Source of the DNA: Candidatus Onthoplasma sp.
GTDB taxonomy: Bacteria; Bacillota; Clostridia; Christensenellales; UBA1242
DNA: 64,000 bases
Assembly: GCA_965646995.1 (NCBI GenBank)
Contig: CBFGBH010000001.1
Span: 16,372-80,371, forward strand
Reading direction: 5' to 3'
Shown here: piece after piece, positions 40,719 to 47,967 of the stretch
How the letters are laid out: each line of letters opens with the position of its first letter
Numbering within the stretch: the stretch's first letter is position 1
Translations under genes and position numbers: made by a program
Notes under the pieces: model-generated
Told to the model about the DNA's origin: nothing
Databases searched by the model: none
The model's input: only the letters and a program-made list of their open reading frames with translations

Positions 40719-40746
40719 AAAAAGAGATGAATTCATCTCTTTTTTA
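40717..40746. terminator. bidirectional terminator
   Basis: Palindrome AGAGATGAATTCATCTCT flanked by A-run and T-run. Confidence 0.6.
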
Positions 40747-41721
40747 ATCACAACAGCAGGCTGGATGCGGATCATAATATTCAACATGTCTATTTATCTC
40801 TTCATCTAACATAGGTTTTAGAGCCTTATAGAAACTATCATCTTTTCTACTACCTAAAGCAAGTGCTAATATTTCTTTGGCTACGGCTTTGCTATTTGAT
40901 GTATATCGTATATCTTTTCTAATATTCTCAATATATTGTTCTTTGGTAGGTTTATAGAGTTCTTTTAATCTCTTATCGTCATTTTTAAGTGCATTCTTCA
41001 TCTCAATTAGTCTTACTCTATAATCTTCTACTCGAATAATTATATCTAATAGAATATTTGCCATATCTATAGATATTATATTTAAATTATAACTACAATT
41101 AATTGAGCTAAAGTTACCACTTTCTAACTGAATCAAAAATTTGCCAGTTTTAGTATAAATATCATATTTCTTATGTGGACACTGTACCACGATAATCTCT
41201 CCCATTGCCTGAAATAAATTGCCCATACAATACGAATATCCTTTATCAGAAGTATCGACTTTCGATGTATTAGTGTATTTAACCGGAACTATACACTCTC
41301 CGAATCTACCAATAATACCATACTCTCCATCAATACCTACCACCGCCAATCCATTATTAAAATCAGAAGCATAGTCATATATGGGTGGCACTACAACAAT
41401 GGCAGTCTCATCGATAAAGCCGAATTTACCAAAATTCTCTCTAAACTTCGTTCTTCCTTCGTGAGTTTCAAGGATTTTGCCTAGTACTAAGTGTTTATTT
41501 TTATTAAATGGAGTATTAAGCTCACGAGAATACACTTCGTAATTATATAGCTTATGCTCTTGGTCATATTTGTCCCAAGTATCAAGCTTTCTATAACTGC
41601 GAGTTAATTGAGTGAAAAATTCATCCGCCATTCTATCAAATTCATCTTTCTCACTTAGTACAGTGTGAACTGTCACTTCTTTTTTGTCATTTCTTTTAAT
41701 AGTTTTACCAAATAGTCCCAT
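40744..41721 (-). CDS. WG-repeat containing protein
   Basis: 325 aa. Motifs such as NNGLAVVGIDGEYGIIGRFGECIVPVKY resemble KWG/WG repeats. Ends with the unusual C-terminus HPACCCD. Confidence 0.5.
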   Translation of the reverse strand: MGLFGKTIKRNDKKEVTVHTVLSEKDEFDRMADEFFTQLTRSYRKLDTWDKYDQEHKLYNYEVYSRELNTPFNKNKHLVLGKILETHEGRTKFRENFGKFGFIDETAIVVVPPIYDYASDFNNGLAVVGIDGEYGIIGRFGECIVPVKYTNTSKVDTSDKGYSYCMGNLFQAMGEIIVVQCPHKKYDIYTKTGKFLIQLESGNFSSINCSYNLNIISIDMANILLDIIIRVEDYRVRLIEMKNALKNDDKRLKELYKPTKEQYIENIRKDIRYTSNSKAVAKEILALALGSRKDDSFYKALKPMLDEEINRHVEYYDPHPACCCD

Positions 41722-41802
41722 AATTGTCTCCTAATATGTCACATGATACCACAAATTTCACTCTTGTCAACCCCTCCCCCCTATACTTTTTTAATTTTTT
41801 GA

Positions 41803-41826
41803 TAAAAAAATGGCACTCTTGCCATT
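41803..41826 (-). terminator. terminator after the toxin/immunity-like pair
   Basis: Hairpin ATGGCA/TGCCAT followed by T7 on the minus strand. Confidence 0.55.
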
Positions 41827-41830
41827 ATTT

Positions 41831-42172
41831 TTAAGAATCATATTTATACGGAATTTTATTCTTTTTTTCTCCAAGTAAATTCATTATATACCCATCTTCC
41901 ACCTTGCACCACCAACGCGGGTCATTTTTTGGCAGGGCATCTAGAATCATATCATCTGTACAACCATATTCTTCCATTAATTCTATATCTTCTACTTCAA
42001 TGCAAGAATACTTATACCAATCATACTCATCCCCTGTCTCGAAAGCCACATAAAAACAATTATCCCTTATCTCTGCTTCCCATATAACTCCAATCTCGCC
42101 TAATGTAATTTTATCGCTTTTATATCTTTCTCTTAATTTAATTACCTTAACCTTATCTAAATATTTCATCAT
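41831..42172 (-). CDS. small acidic protein, immunity/antitoxin candidate (SH3-like, DUF4926-like N-terminus)
   Basis: 113 aa. Start ATG overlaps the stop of the upstream gene (ATGA). The N-terminal pattern VKVIKL...GEIGVIWEA...FYVAFETGD resembles DUF4926-type small domains. Confidence 0.35.
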   Translation of the reverse strand: MMKYLDKVKVIKLRERYKSDKITLGEIGVIWEAEIRDNCFYVAFETGDEYDWYKYSCIEVEDIELMEEYGCTDDMILDALPKNDPRWWCKVEDGYIMNLLGEKKNKIPYKYDS

Positions 42173-42795
42173 TTACCTCCGATTATTGTATTCAATTTGA
42201 GTTTCCCATTAGGAAATATAGTGTATGACCATGTGTTATATAAATGTCCTGAGTGTTCATTCTTGCCATGAATTGTTATAAATACATTAATTTTTAAACC
42301 ATATTTTGTATGATTTTCTATTTCATAATTACCATTTGCAAAAGATATTTTAACTAAACGCTTTATCATAGCAATAAATTCATCTTTATCTTCATCCCTA
42401 TATCCCCAGGAATAATACCAGTATAATTTACTCAAAAAGAAATATTGTATTTTCCCTTCAATAAAAATAAACTTTATTTCCTCTGGTTTAGGACTATTAA
42501 TCGCCAACTCCTTACAGTGACAATGAGGATGATATAATCCACTGATAAAATTCATAAAACTACTATTTTTGAATAATGAATAATCCATTCTTTCTGGTTT
42601 TTTGTGGGTTTCATTTTTAAAGTAGCAATGATTTACTGTCACACACTTCCAGCAATGTGGGTCAGTCACATCCTCGTCTACTCCCAAAGAATAAGGGAAA
42701 TCTTCTATCGTCCATGGAGAAATCTTATCTACCACTCTAATCCACTCACTGAAACTTGCTCTAATTAAATCTTGATACCCATCCAGTACACCCAT
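42169..42795 (-). CDS. MuF/SPP1-gp7-like zinc-ribbon protein with an uncharacterised C-terminal domain (toxin candidate)
   Basis: 208 aa. DPHCWKC ... YHPHCHC resembles the CxxC...HPxCxC signature of phage MuF-family domains, which often carry C-terminal toxin modules. Confidence 0.4.
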   Translation of the reverse strand: MGVLDGYQDLIRASFSEWIRVVDKISPWTIEDFPYSLGVDEDVTDPHCWKCVTVNHCYFKNETHKKPERMDYSLFKNSSFMNFISGLYHPHCHCKELAINSPKPEEIKFIFIEGKIQYFFLSKLYWYYSWGYRDEDKDEFIAMIKRLVKISFANGNYEIENHTKYGLKINVFITIHGKNEHSGHLYNTWSYTIFPNGKLKLNTIIGGK

Positions 42796-42881
42796 ATTAT
42801 ATCATATCTCCTTTGATTTTTATACTTTTTGAAGATATTGCATGATATTTCTATTTTTTATCTATAGGGTGTCAATGAAAC

Positions 42882-42906
42882 AAAAAAAGAGAGATAGTTC
42901 TCTCTT
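42882..42906 (-). terminator. terminator after the lipoprotein gene
   Basis: Hairpin AGAGAGA/TCTCTCT followed by a T-run on the minus strand. Confidence 0.55.
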
Positions 42907-42920
42907 CTTTTTTCTATTTA

Positions 42921-43826
42921 TTACTCCTGTGTAGGAATTTCACTTACTACATAATAAGTGGTCTCATCTACTGTCTCGGTTTTCACTTCATAACCTTCTG
43001 CTTTCTTATTAGCTAGAGTCTCGTCTGTGAATTTACCACCAGTGACTATAATATTTGCTGTAGCTAGGTCATTACCACTAGATGCACTCAACTCGCCATT
43101 GAATGTACCATTCTTGATATTAAGTACAGTCTTATCTTCCCAGTCAGCGAACTCTTTAGCTCTACTTGCTACACCATACTCGATTTTACCATCAACTACG
43201 CCAGTGAAGCTGTCATCAAATGTAACTGCCACACCATCATCGTATAGTCCGTCTTTATTCATGCCGTACCATAAGTCGAATGCTACCTGACCCTTAGCAG
43301 CGGTTAGATTAGTGTTGCCCTTAAGAGTAGCAGAGCCGAAATTATTACTCAGCACATAGGTACAAACTTCGCCTTCCTCTCCTATAGTAGTAGCGTCTAG
43401 ATTCATATTCTCTAGAGTAAGGTTGGCATAATTCTGGAGCATCATCCTGCACCCTTTCTCGCTCTGCTTAACTGTACCATTTTTAAGAGTCACAGTAGAA
43501 CCTTTTAAGAATTGGAATCCTAATGTCTCAGTACCGGTAGACCCTACCATACTACCATCTAGAGTATAAGTAAAACCGCCAAAATCAATAATTACATTTT
43601 GATTAGCTAGCACCTTCACTCCATTACCAGATAGATTCTGGTGTAATTTGACTATCCCACTATTACCGACAGCAGTCACAGCGGCATCAAGAGTATCGTA
43701 CCAAGTAGTCTTATTGCCTACTTCTACAGATACTTTACCCTGTGGCGTGGTCTCTCCACAAGCTGCAAACATGAAGGCACAGCACAAAACTAGCAATGCA
43801 CTTAAAGTCACTTTTAATGTTTTCAT
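42921..43826 (-). CDS. lipoprotein of unknown function
   Basis: Start moved to the AGGAGG-preceded ATG at 43826. Signal MKTLKVTLSALLVLCCAFMFAAC with lipobox. Gly/Thr/Asn-rich body. Confidence 0.6.
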   Translation of the reverse strand: MKTLKVTLSALLVLCCAFMFAACGETTPQGKVSVEVGNKTTWYDTLDAAVTAVGNSGIVKLHQNLSGNGVKVLANQNVIIDFGGFTYTLDGSMVGSTGTETLGFQFLKGSTVTLKNGTVKQSEKGCRMMLQNYANLTLENMNLDATTIGEEGEVCTYVLSNNFGSATLKGNTNLTAAKGQVAFDLWYGMNKDGLYDDGVAVTFDDSFTGVVDGKIEYGVASRAKEFADWEDKTVLNIKNGTFNGELSASSGNDLATANIIVTGGKFTDETLANKKAEGYEVKTETVDETTYYVVSEIPTQE

Positions 43827-44044
43827 TTTTCCTCCTATAATTTTAGAGTATAATAACATATTTGTTTTTTCTTCCATAATGAAAAGTATTCTATAATCGT
43901 AGCATTTTTTTAAATCAACTAGGAATATTGTCGAAGATTATCGAATGAATTATTTATACCGACTATATATAAATCTACAAAATGAATAATCTCATAGTTA
44001 AATAAACAAATACATAATTTAACTCTGATTACACATCATTATAT

Positions 44045-44077
44045 CAGGTTAAAAGACCTAAGTCAAGTCTTTTGACC
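44045..44077. promoter_or_regulatory. 12-bp imperfect inverted repeat upstream of the HTH gene (operator candidate)
   Basis: AGGTTAAAAGAC, 9 nt, GTCTTTTGACCT (one mismatch). Overlaps a TTGACC -35-like hexamer. Confidence 0.3.
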
Positions 44078-44101
44078 TAAAATGTAGTAAAAATTTATAT
44101 T

Positions 44102-44311
44102 ATGGAATTTATTAAAATAATTAAACAAATCATGTCAAACAACAACCTAAGTCAAGATGGCTTAGCTCGTATTATCGGAGTTAACCAGACCACTGTTAGC
44201 CAATGGCTACTGGGCAGGAAAAAACCAAGCTATGATAACATAATTTCGTTCTATGAAAAGTTTGGAGTGACCCCAAATGAGTTTTTCGGAATTGAGACAT
44301 TTATCGATTAA
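44102..44311 (+). CDS. XRE-family HTH transcriptional regulator
   Basis: 69 aa. LSQDGLARIIGVNQTTVSQWLLGRKKP is a classic HTH. Confidence 0.75.
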   Translation: MEFIKIIKQIMSNNNLSQDGLARIIGVNQTTVSQWLLGRKKPSYDNIISFYEKFGVTPNEFFGIETFID

Positions 44312-44334
44312 TCTCTCACACTATATTTTTAATA

Positions 44335-44363
44335 TTGACATATTCTTGAAAATATGATAATAT
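44335..44363 (+). promoter_or_regulatory. near-consensus sigma-A promoter driving the large ncRNA
   Basis: TTGACA, 17 nt, TAATAT with a TGa extended -10. Predicted TSS about 44370, immediately before the closing helix of the RNA. Confidence 0.6.
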
Positions 44364-44370
44364 ATTTATA

Positions 44371-44945
44371 TCACGAAGGTGCAGTATTCTAGTCAACTAG
44401 TGTGAATGAGGATGCCGAAATAAGCATCGATGGCACAACTATGAAGTTCGTGGTGCTGGCTTTGGTTGCCCAAACTGGGGCTGGTGCTGGGAGTTAAGAT
44501 TTTTGGGTAGCATATAACGGCATATATGCCCACACCCAATTATCGTGGAGACCCAACTGGGTAAAGACGATTTGATTACATATCTTATTTATCTCTTGGG
44601 CTAGAAACCTGCATGTGGCGAAAGCTATATGCAGTGTAGCCTGCTTTGAGTGGATATATTGGGATAGGGCGTCAACTGTCTCTCTTCAAAGTACACGAAG
44701 AGCGATAAGTTGCTCTTGAAATTATCTCCGCAAAATAAAGATAAATTTACACGATGTTGTTAAGGAAAACTTCTAGACTGTTCGTAAGAGATTCCTAAGG
44801 GATTATAGTGTGGTCTCAGTGGCGATTCGGTGCAAGTTCTGCGTGAAGGGAAACCGCTCGGCTGGTAACGGAAGAGTGCAGAATTGGGAAATCCAACCGA
44901 ACCTTATGCCGCAAGGTTTACTTTGGGAATTGCCTTCGTAAATTC
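44371..44945 (+). ncRNA. ole: large structured ncRNA of about 575 nt, best candidate OLE RNA
   Basis: No ORF of 60 aa or more in any frame and visibly higher GC than the flanks. Closing helix ACGAAGG (44373) pairs with CCTTCGT (44933). Many nested hairpins, including GCATATA/TATATGC, CTGCAT...GGC-GAAA-GCU...ATGCAG, GGCTA/TAGCC and AACCTT/AAGGTT. Followed on the same strand by a 4-TM gene of about 21 kDa, as expected for ole-oapA. Confidence 0.55.
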
Positions 44946-44996
44946 TAATTTAATAGGAATAAGACTATTGTTCTAATTCCTTTAATATAATCTAAT

Positions 44997-45563
44997 ATGA
45001 AAGAAAAAACTGAAAAGAATAAAAAACCTAAAACTCAAAAATCATGGGTATGGCCAGTGAAGATACTATTACTAGCCATATTTCTTTCTCTATCCTTTAG
45101 TATCATCAGTGAACTCGCGCTCGAGAATGCGAGCATAATTGTATCTGTCATAGTGATATTGACATTCATAAGCGTAAGTATACTCTTCGATATGCTAGGA
45201 CTCGCTGTAGCATCTAGTAGTCTGGAGAATTTCACTGCTATGGCATCTAGAAAAGTCAAAGGTAGCAAACAAGCTATTGCTCTGAATAAGAATGCAGACA
45301 AAGTCTCATCAATATGCGCTGATGTGATAGGCGATGTATGTGGAATTCTGTCTGGTGCAGCCGGTGCTAGCATACTCACTAAAATTGCACTTGCATCAAA
45401 TGGGGATTTCATTCAAATTCTGATAGCTTCATCTATATCAGCCGTGATTGCTGGACTCACGATATTTGGTAAAGCAAGTCTAAAACGCTATGCTATTAAA
45501 CATTCTAATGAAATCACATTGAAGTTCGCCAAATTTATCAATTTTTTCACTAGAAAAGATTAG
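44997..45563 (+). CDS. oapA: four-TM membrane protein, OLE-associated protein A candidate
   Basis: 188 aa with four predicted TM helices and a DVIGD (DxxxD) motif in TM3. Immediately downstream of the large ncRNA. TATAAT box 5 nt before the ATG and no SD. Confidence 0.45.
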   Translation: MKEKTEKNKKPKTQKSWVWPVKILLLAIFLSLSFSIISELALENASIIVSVIVILTFISVSILFDMLGLAVASSSLENFTAMASRKVKGSKQAIALNKNADKVSSICADVIGDVCGILSGAAGASILTKIALASNGDFIQILIASSISAVIAGLTIFGKASLKRYAIKHSNEITLKFAKFINFFTRKD

Positions 45564-45838
45564 ATGATTTTGTCTAATTCTTTATACCACATTTCGAGTT
45601 CTTGTCCAATACGAACACCTAGACTCAAAGCATATCCGCCCTTGATTCTCTCCTTCTCTTCATAAAATTCACGAAGATGAAATAGGTAAGAGTTAAGGGA
45701 TTTTTTCTGCTCAACATTAAGCATATTATATAAATGCTTTCGCGATCTCTGTATATCTAAATAAAATTCACTCTCTTCCTCTTTGAATTTAGGGAATTTG
45801 TGTAAAAATAATTGAATTATAGTATTTGGTATTTCCAT
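45560..45838 (-). CDS. small helical hypothetical protein
   Basis: 92 aa from the AAGGAG-preceded ATG at 45838. Divergent from the double-HTH gene. Confidence 0.45.
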   Translation of the reverse strand: MEIPNTIIQLFLHKFPKFKEEESEFYLDIQRSRKHLYNMLNVEQKKSLNSYLFHLREFYEEKERIKGGYALSLGVRIGQELEMWYKELDKII

Positions 45839-45939
45839 TTTTAGTCTCCTTGTACTTATTATATTAATCACTTTTCGACCTGTCAAGCAAAATCTAAATA
45901 TTAATCGTTTTTCAGCTTGTTGATTTTTTAGGTTGAAAA

Positions 45940-46386
45940 ATGATGTATATTATTAATATGAAAATATTTATTGATAGATTAAAATATCTCATGTCAGAAA
46001 ACCGCTTTACTAATGAAACTCTATCCAATAAACTTGGAGTATCTATTGGTACGATTAAGAGTTGGAAAGTTTCTCAATCTGTACCTATATTAAATACCGC
46101 TATCAAATTAGCCAACTTATTTGAATGTTCACTTGATTATTTATTTGGTAAAATAGATATTGAAAAATATGATAATTATGTCAATCCTCCACCATTCCAT
46201 ATTCAATTAAGAAGATTGATAGAAGAAAAAAATATAAGTCAATACAATCTGATTACCAACAAAATATGTAGTCCCGCAAATCTAACACGCTGGCTAAAAT
46301 ACCAAACCTCTCCCAATATGTCAAACGTAATTAAACTAGCTGATTATTTTAATCTAAGTCTTGACGAATTTGTTGGTAGAGTTTAA
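45940..46386 (+). CDS. tandem double XRE-type HTH regulator
   Basis: Two HTH units (NETLSNKLGVSIGTIKSWK and ISQYNLITNKICSPANLTRWLK). Likely start is ATG 45958, 6 nt after TG-TATATT. Confidence 0.7.
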   Translation: MMYIINMKIFIDRLKYLMSENRFTNETLSNKLGVSIGTIKSWKVSQSVPILNTAIKLANLFECSLDYLFGKIDIEKYDNYVNPPPFHIQLRRLIEEKNISQYNLITNKICSPANLTRWLKYQTSPNMSNVIKLADYFNLSLDEFVGRV

Positions 46387-46388
46387 AA
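46315..46388 (+). repeat. direct repeat copy A (3' end of the double-HTH gene)
   Basis: 74 nt, 68/74 identical to 47202..47275. Confidence 0.85.
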
Positions 46389-46414
46389 AAAGTAACTTGT
46401 TAGTTACCTTTTTT
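46385..46414. terminator. bidirectional terminator between the HTH gene and toxN
   Basis: Hairpin GTAAC/GTTAC flanked by A7 and T6. Overlaps the toxN stop codon. Confidence 0.5.
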
Positions 46415-46885
46415 ATTAAACAATTTTGATTTTTGTTCTAATAATGTATAGTTACAACATCTCTGTCTAACTTCTTGTCTCAATGTACCTTTATTATAAG
46501 AATTATATAGATTCGTTGCTCTATTCAAGATTTTTATCTCGTTGTCTTTAAAAAATATTGCTTGTTTTATTAAGAGCTGTCTATATTTTAAATTTTTCTC
46601 GTCAAGTATATTAAAATTAATAATACTATCTTTGACTACAGGTATCATATTATTAAAATTAATTACACCAAGTTTACCAGCATCGATCTTCATCATATCT
46701 TCTGAATTCTTCATCGTCAAATGCTTTTGTTTCGGACTAGACAAAGGAGCATAATATTTATGATTTTTCACTTTAAATAATATACCTATGTATGGGCGAG
46801 ACTCTCCCTTATTAAAACAAACTTTATTATCAAATTGCCTAAGATAATTGGTATATTTATCAGTAACATATACTATTTTAATCAT
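46400..46885 (-). CDS. toxN: type III toxin-antitoxin toxin, ToxN/AbiQ family endoribonuclease
   Basis: 161 aa from the AGGAGAG-preceded ATG at 46885. Collinear by eye with ToxN/AbiQ: KIVYVTDKYTNYLRQFDNKV, RPYIGILFKVKNHKYYAPLSSPKQKH, LGVINFNNMIPV, YRQLLIKQAIFFKDNEIKI, CNYTLLEQK. The track start at 46930 (GTG) lies inside the terminator hairpin. Confidence 0.88.
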   Translation of the reverse strand: MIKIVYVTDKYTNYLRQFDNKVCFNKGESRPYIGILFKVKNHKYYAPLSSPKQKHLTMKNSEDMMKIDAGKLGVINFNNMIPVVKDSIINFNILDEKNLKYRQLLIKQAIFFKDNEIKILNRATNLYNSYNKGTLRQEVRQRCCNYTLLEQKSKLFNKKGN

Positions 46886-46903
46886 ATCTCTCCTAATTAA
46901 AAA

Positions 46904-46930
46904 GTGGAAAGGAGCGATGCCCCTTTCCAC
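46904..46930 (-). terminator. intra-operon terminator between the antitoxin repeats and toxN
   Basis: 9-bp stem GTGGAAAGG/CCTTTCCAC followed by TTTTT on the minus strand, directly before the toxN RBS. Confidence 0.6.
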
Positions 46931-46940
46931 TACTTTTTTA

Positions 46941-47050
46941 TCCTTACTTCTAGGCTAAGGTTCTCCTGCTTTTTTCGTCCTTACTTTTATGGGCTAAGGT
47001 TCTCCTGCTTTTTTCGTCCTTACTTTTATGGGCTAAGGTTCTCCTGCTTT
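46941..47050 (-). ncRNA. toxI: type III antitoxin RNA: about 2.9 tandem repeats of 39 nt (ToxI/antiQ-like)
   Basis: Plus-strand units TCCTTACTT(CTAG/TTATGG)GCTAAGGTTCTCCTGCTTTTTTCG at 46941..46977, 46978..47016 and 47017..47050 (truncated). Transcribed sense carries an A6 tract per unit. Same strand as and upstream of toxN. Confidence 0.8.
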
Positions 47051-47103
47051 GGGCTCGAAGCCCTACACGGAATAAAAGGAGGTTATCACTTTTTTCCGTT
47101 ATT

Positions 47104-47132
47104 ATTTTATAGCATTATTATATAAAAGTCAA
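47104..47132 (-). promoter_or_regulatory. promoter of the toxI-toxN operon
   Basis: Minus-strand TTGACT, 17 nt, TAAAAT. Two small leader hairpins (47051..47063 and 47066..47098) follow before the repeats. Confidence 0.45.
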
Positions 47133-47201
47133 TATATTTTTCACAAATTATTAATAACGCTACAAAACATATTATTCCCCAATAGTTCAAAACTTTACTA
47201 A

Positions 47202-47273
47202 AATATGTCAAATGTGATAAAACTAGCTGATTATTTTAATCTAAGTCTTGACGAATTTGTAGGTCGTGTTTAA
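47202..47273 (+). pseudogene. orphan 3' fragment of an HTH gene (direct repeat copy B)
   Basis: Encodes NMSNVIKLADYFNLSLDEFVGRV plus stop, identical in protein to the end of the 45940..46386 product. Preceded by an in-frame TAA. The 6 nucleotide differences are all synonymous. Confidence 0.75.
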
Positions 47274-47286
47274 AACAAAAAGCACT

Positions 47287-47967
47287 CTATAATGAGTGTT
47301 TTTTATCATTCTTTTCTTTGAATAATTCTATTACTTGGTCTAGGCTATCATATTTTCTATATGCCATTTCTTTCACTTCATCGCTAGGCTCTTTAAGGTC
47401 GGGTATCAATATAGGTCTCACTCCTGCATGTAAAGCGGAGCGAATTCCATTATCTGAATCTTCTAGTGCTATCGCCTCGTCCGGTTTCACTCCCAGCACT
47501 TCGCAAGCTATCTGATATATTTGTGGGTCTGGCTTAGGACGCTCAACTTTATCTCCTCCTATTATAAAATCAAAATAATCAGTAGATAGTTTCGCCTGAC
47601 TAAATCGCTCTTCTATCCTATTCATAGCAGAAGAAGATGCTACTGCCAGTTTCACATCCTGTGTTTTTAAAAATTCCAGCAGTTCCATGAGTCCCTTTTT
47701 AATGCCTAGACCAATAGTCTCGACCTGCTCCTTCATGAATATCTTATTTAACCTTCTAAATTCAGCAGGGTCGAAATCATCTCCCATTGCTTCTTTTAGC
47801 ATTATATCTATCTTATCTTGACGATTACCCATACATTTGATAATCAATTCTGGTGGGACATTATAGCCATATACCTCGTTAGTTTTTATCACGCCATCGA
47901 GCCATAATTTCTCGGTATCAAACATAAGTCCATCCATATCGAATATAACTGCTTTTATTTCGTTCAT
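47287..47967 (-). CDS. HAD-superfamily hydrolase (beta-phosphoglucomutase-like subfamily IA)
   Basis: 226 aa. DxD motif VIFDMDGLMFDTE and C-terminal EDSDNG motif. Confidence 0.75.
   Translation of the reverse strand: MNEIKAVIFDMDGLMFDTEKLWLDGVIKTNEVYGYNVPPELIIKCMGNRQDKIDIMLKEAMGDDFDPAEFRRLNKIFMKEQVETIGLGIKKGLMELLEFLKTQDVKLAVASSSAMNRIEERFSQAKLSTDYFDFIIGGDKVERPKPDPQIYQIACEVLGVKPDEAIALEDSDNGIRSALHAGVRPILIPDLKEPSDEVKEMAYRKYDSLDQVIELFKEKNDKKHSL

Larger units (their letters stand above)
46387..47201. mobile_element. toxIN cassette of about 815 bp inserted between two copies of the HTH gene 3' end
   Basis: Self-contained promoter, repeats, terminator and toxin unit, bracketed by direct repeats 46315..46388 and 47202..47275. 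No recombinase inside. Confidence 0.45.

Noticed and set aside
44371-44945. Large ncRNA as RNase P RNA, tmRNA, SRP RNA, an rRNA fragment or a group II intron
   Set aside because: There is no GAGGAAAGUCC-type RNase P motif, no tRNA-like 3' end or tag ORF for tmRNA, and no GGAA/AGCA SRP helix-8 motif. It is far too long for 6S or SRP RNA. There is no reverse transcriptase ORF or domain V-like hairpin context. The 4-TM gene downstream favours OLE or a novel RNA.
46904-47125. 73-aa plus-strand ORF in the track (MERSDAPFHYFF...)
   Set aside because: It is the translation of the tandem 39-nt repeats, since its product repeats FSCFFRPYFYGLR three times. It starts inside a terminator hairpin and has no RBS. 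It is reinterpreted as the toxI antitoxin RNA array on the opposite strand.
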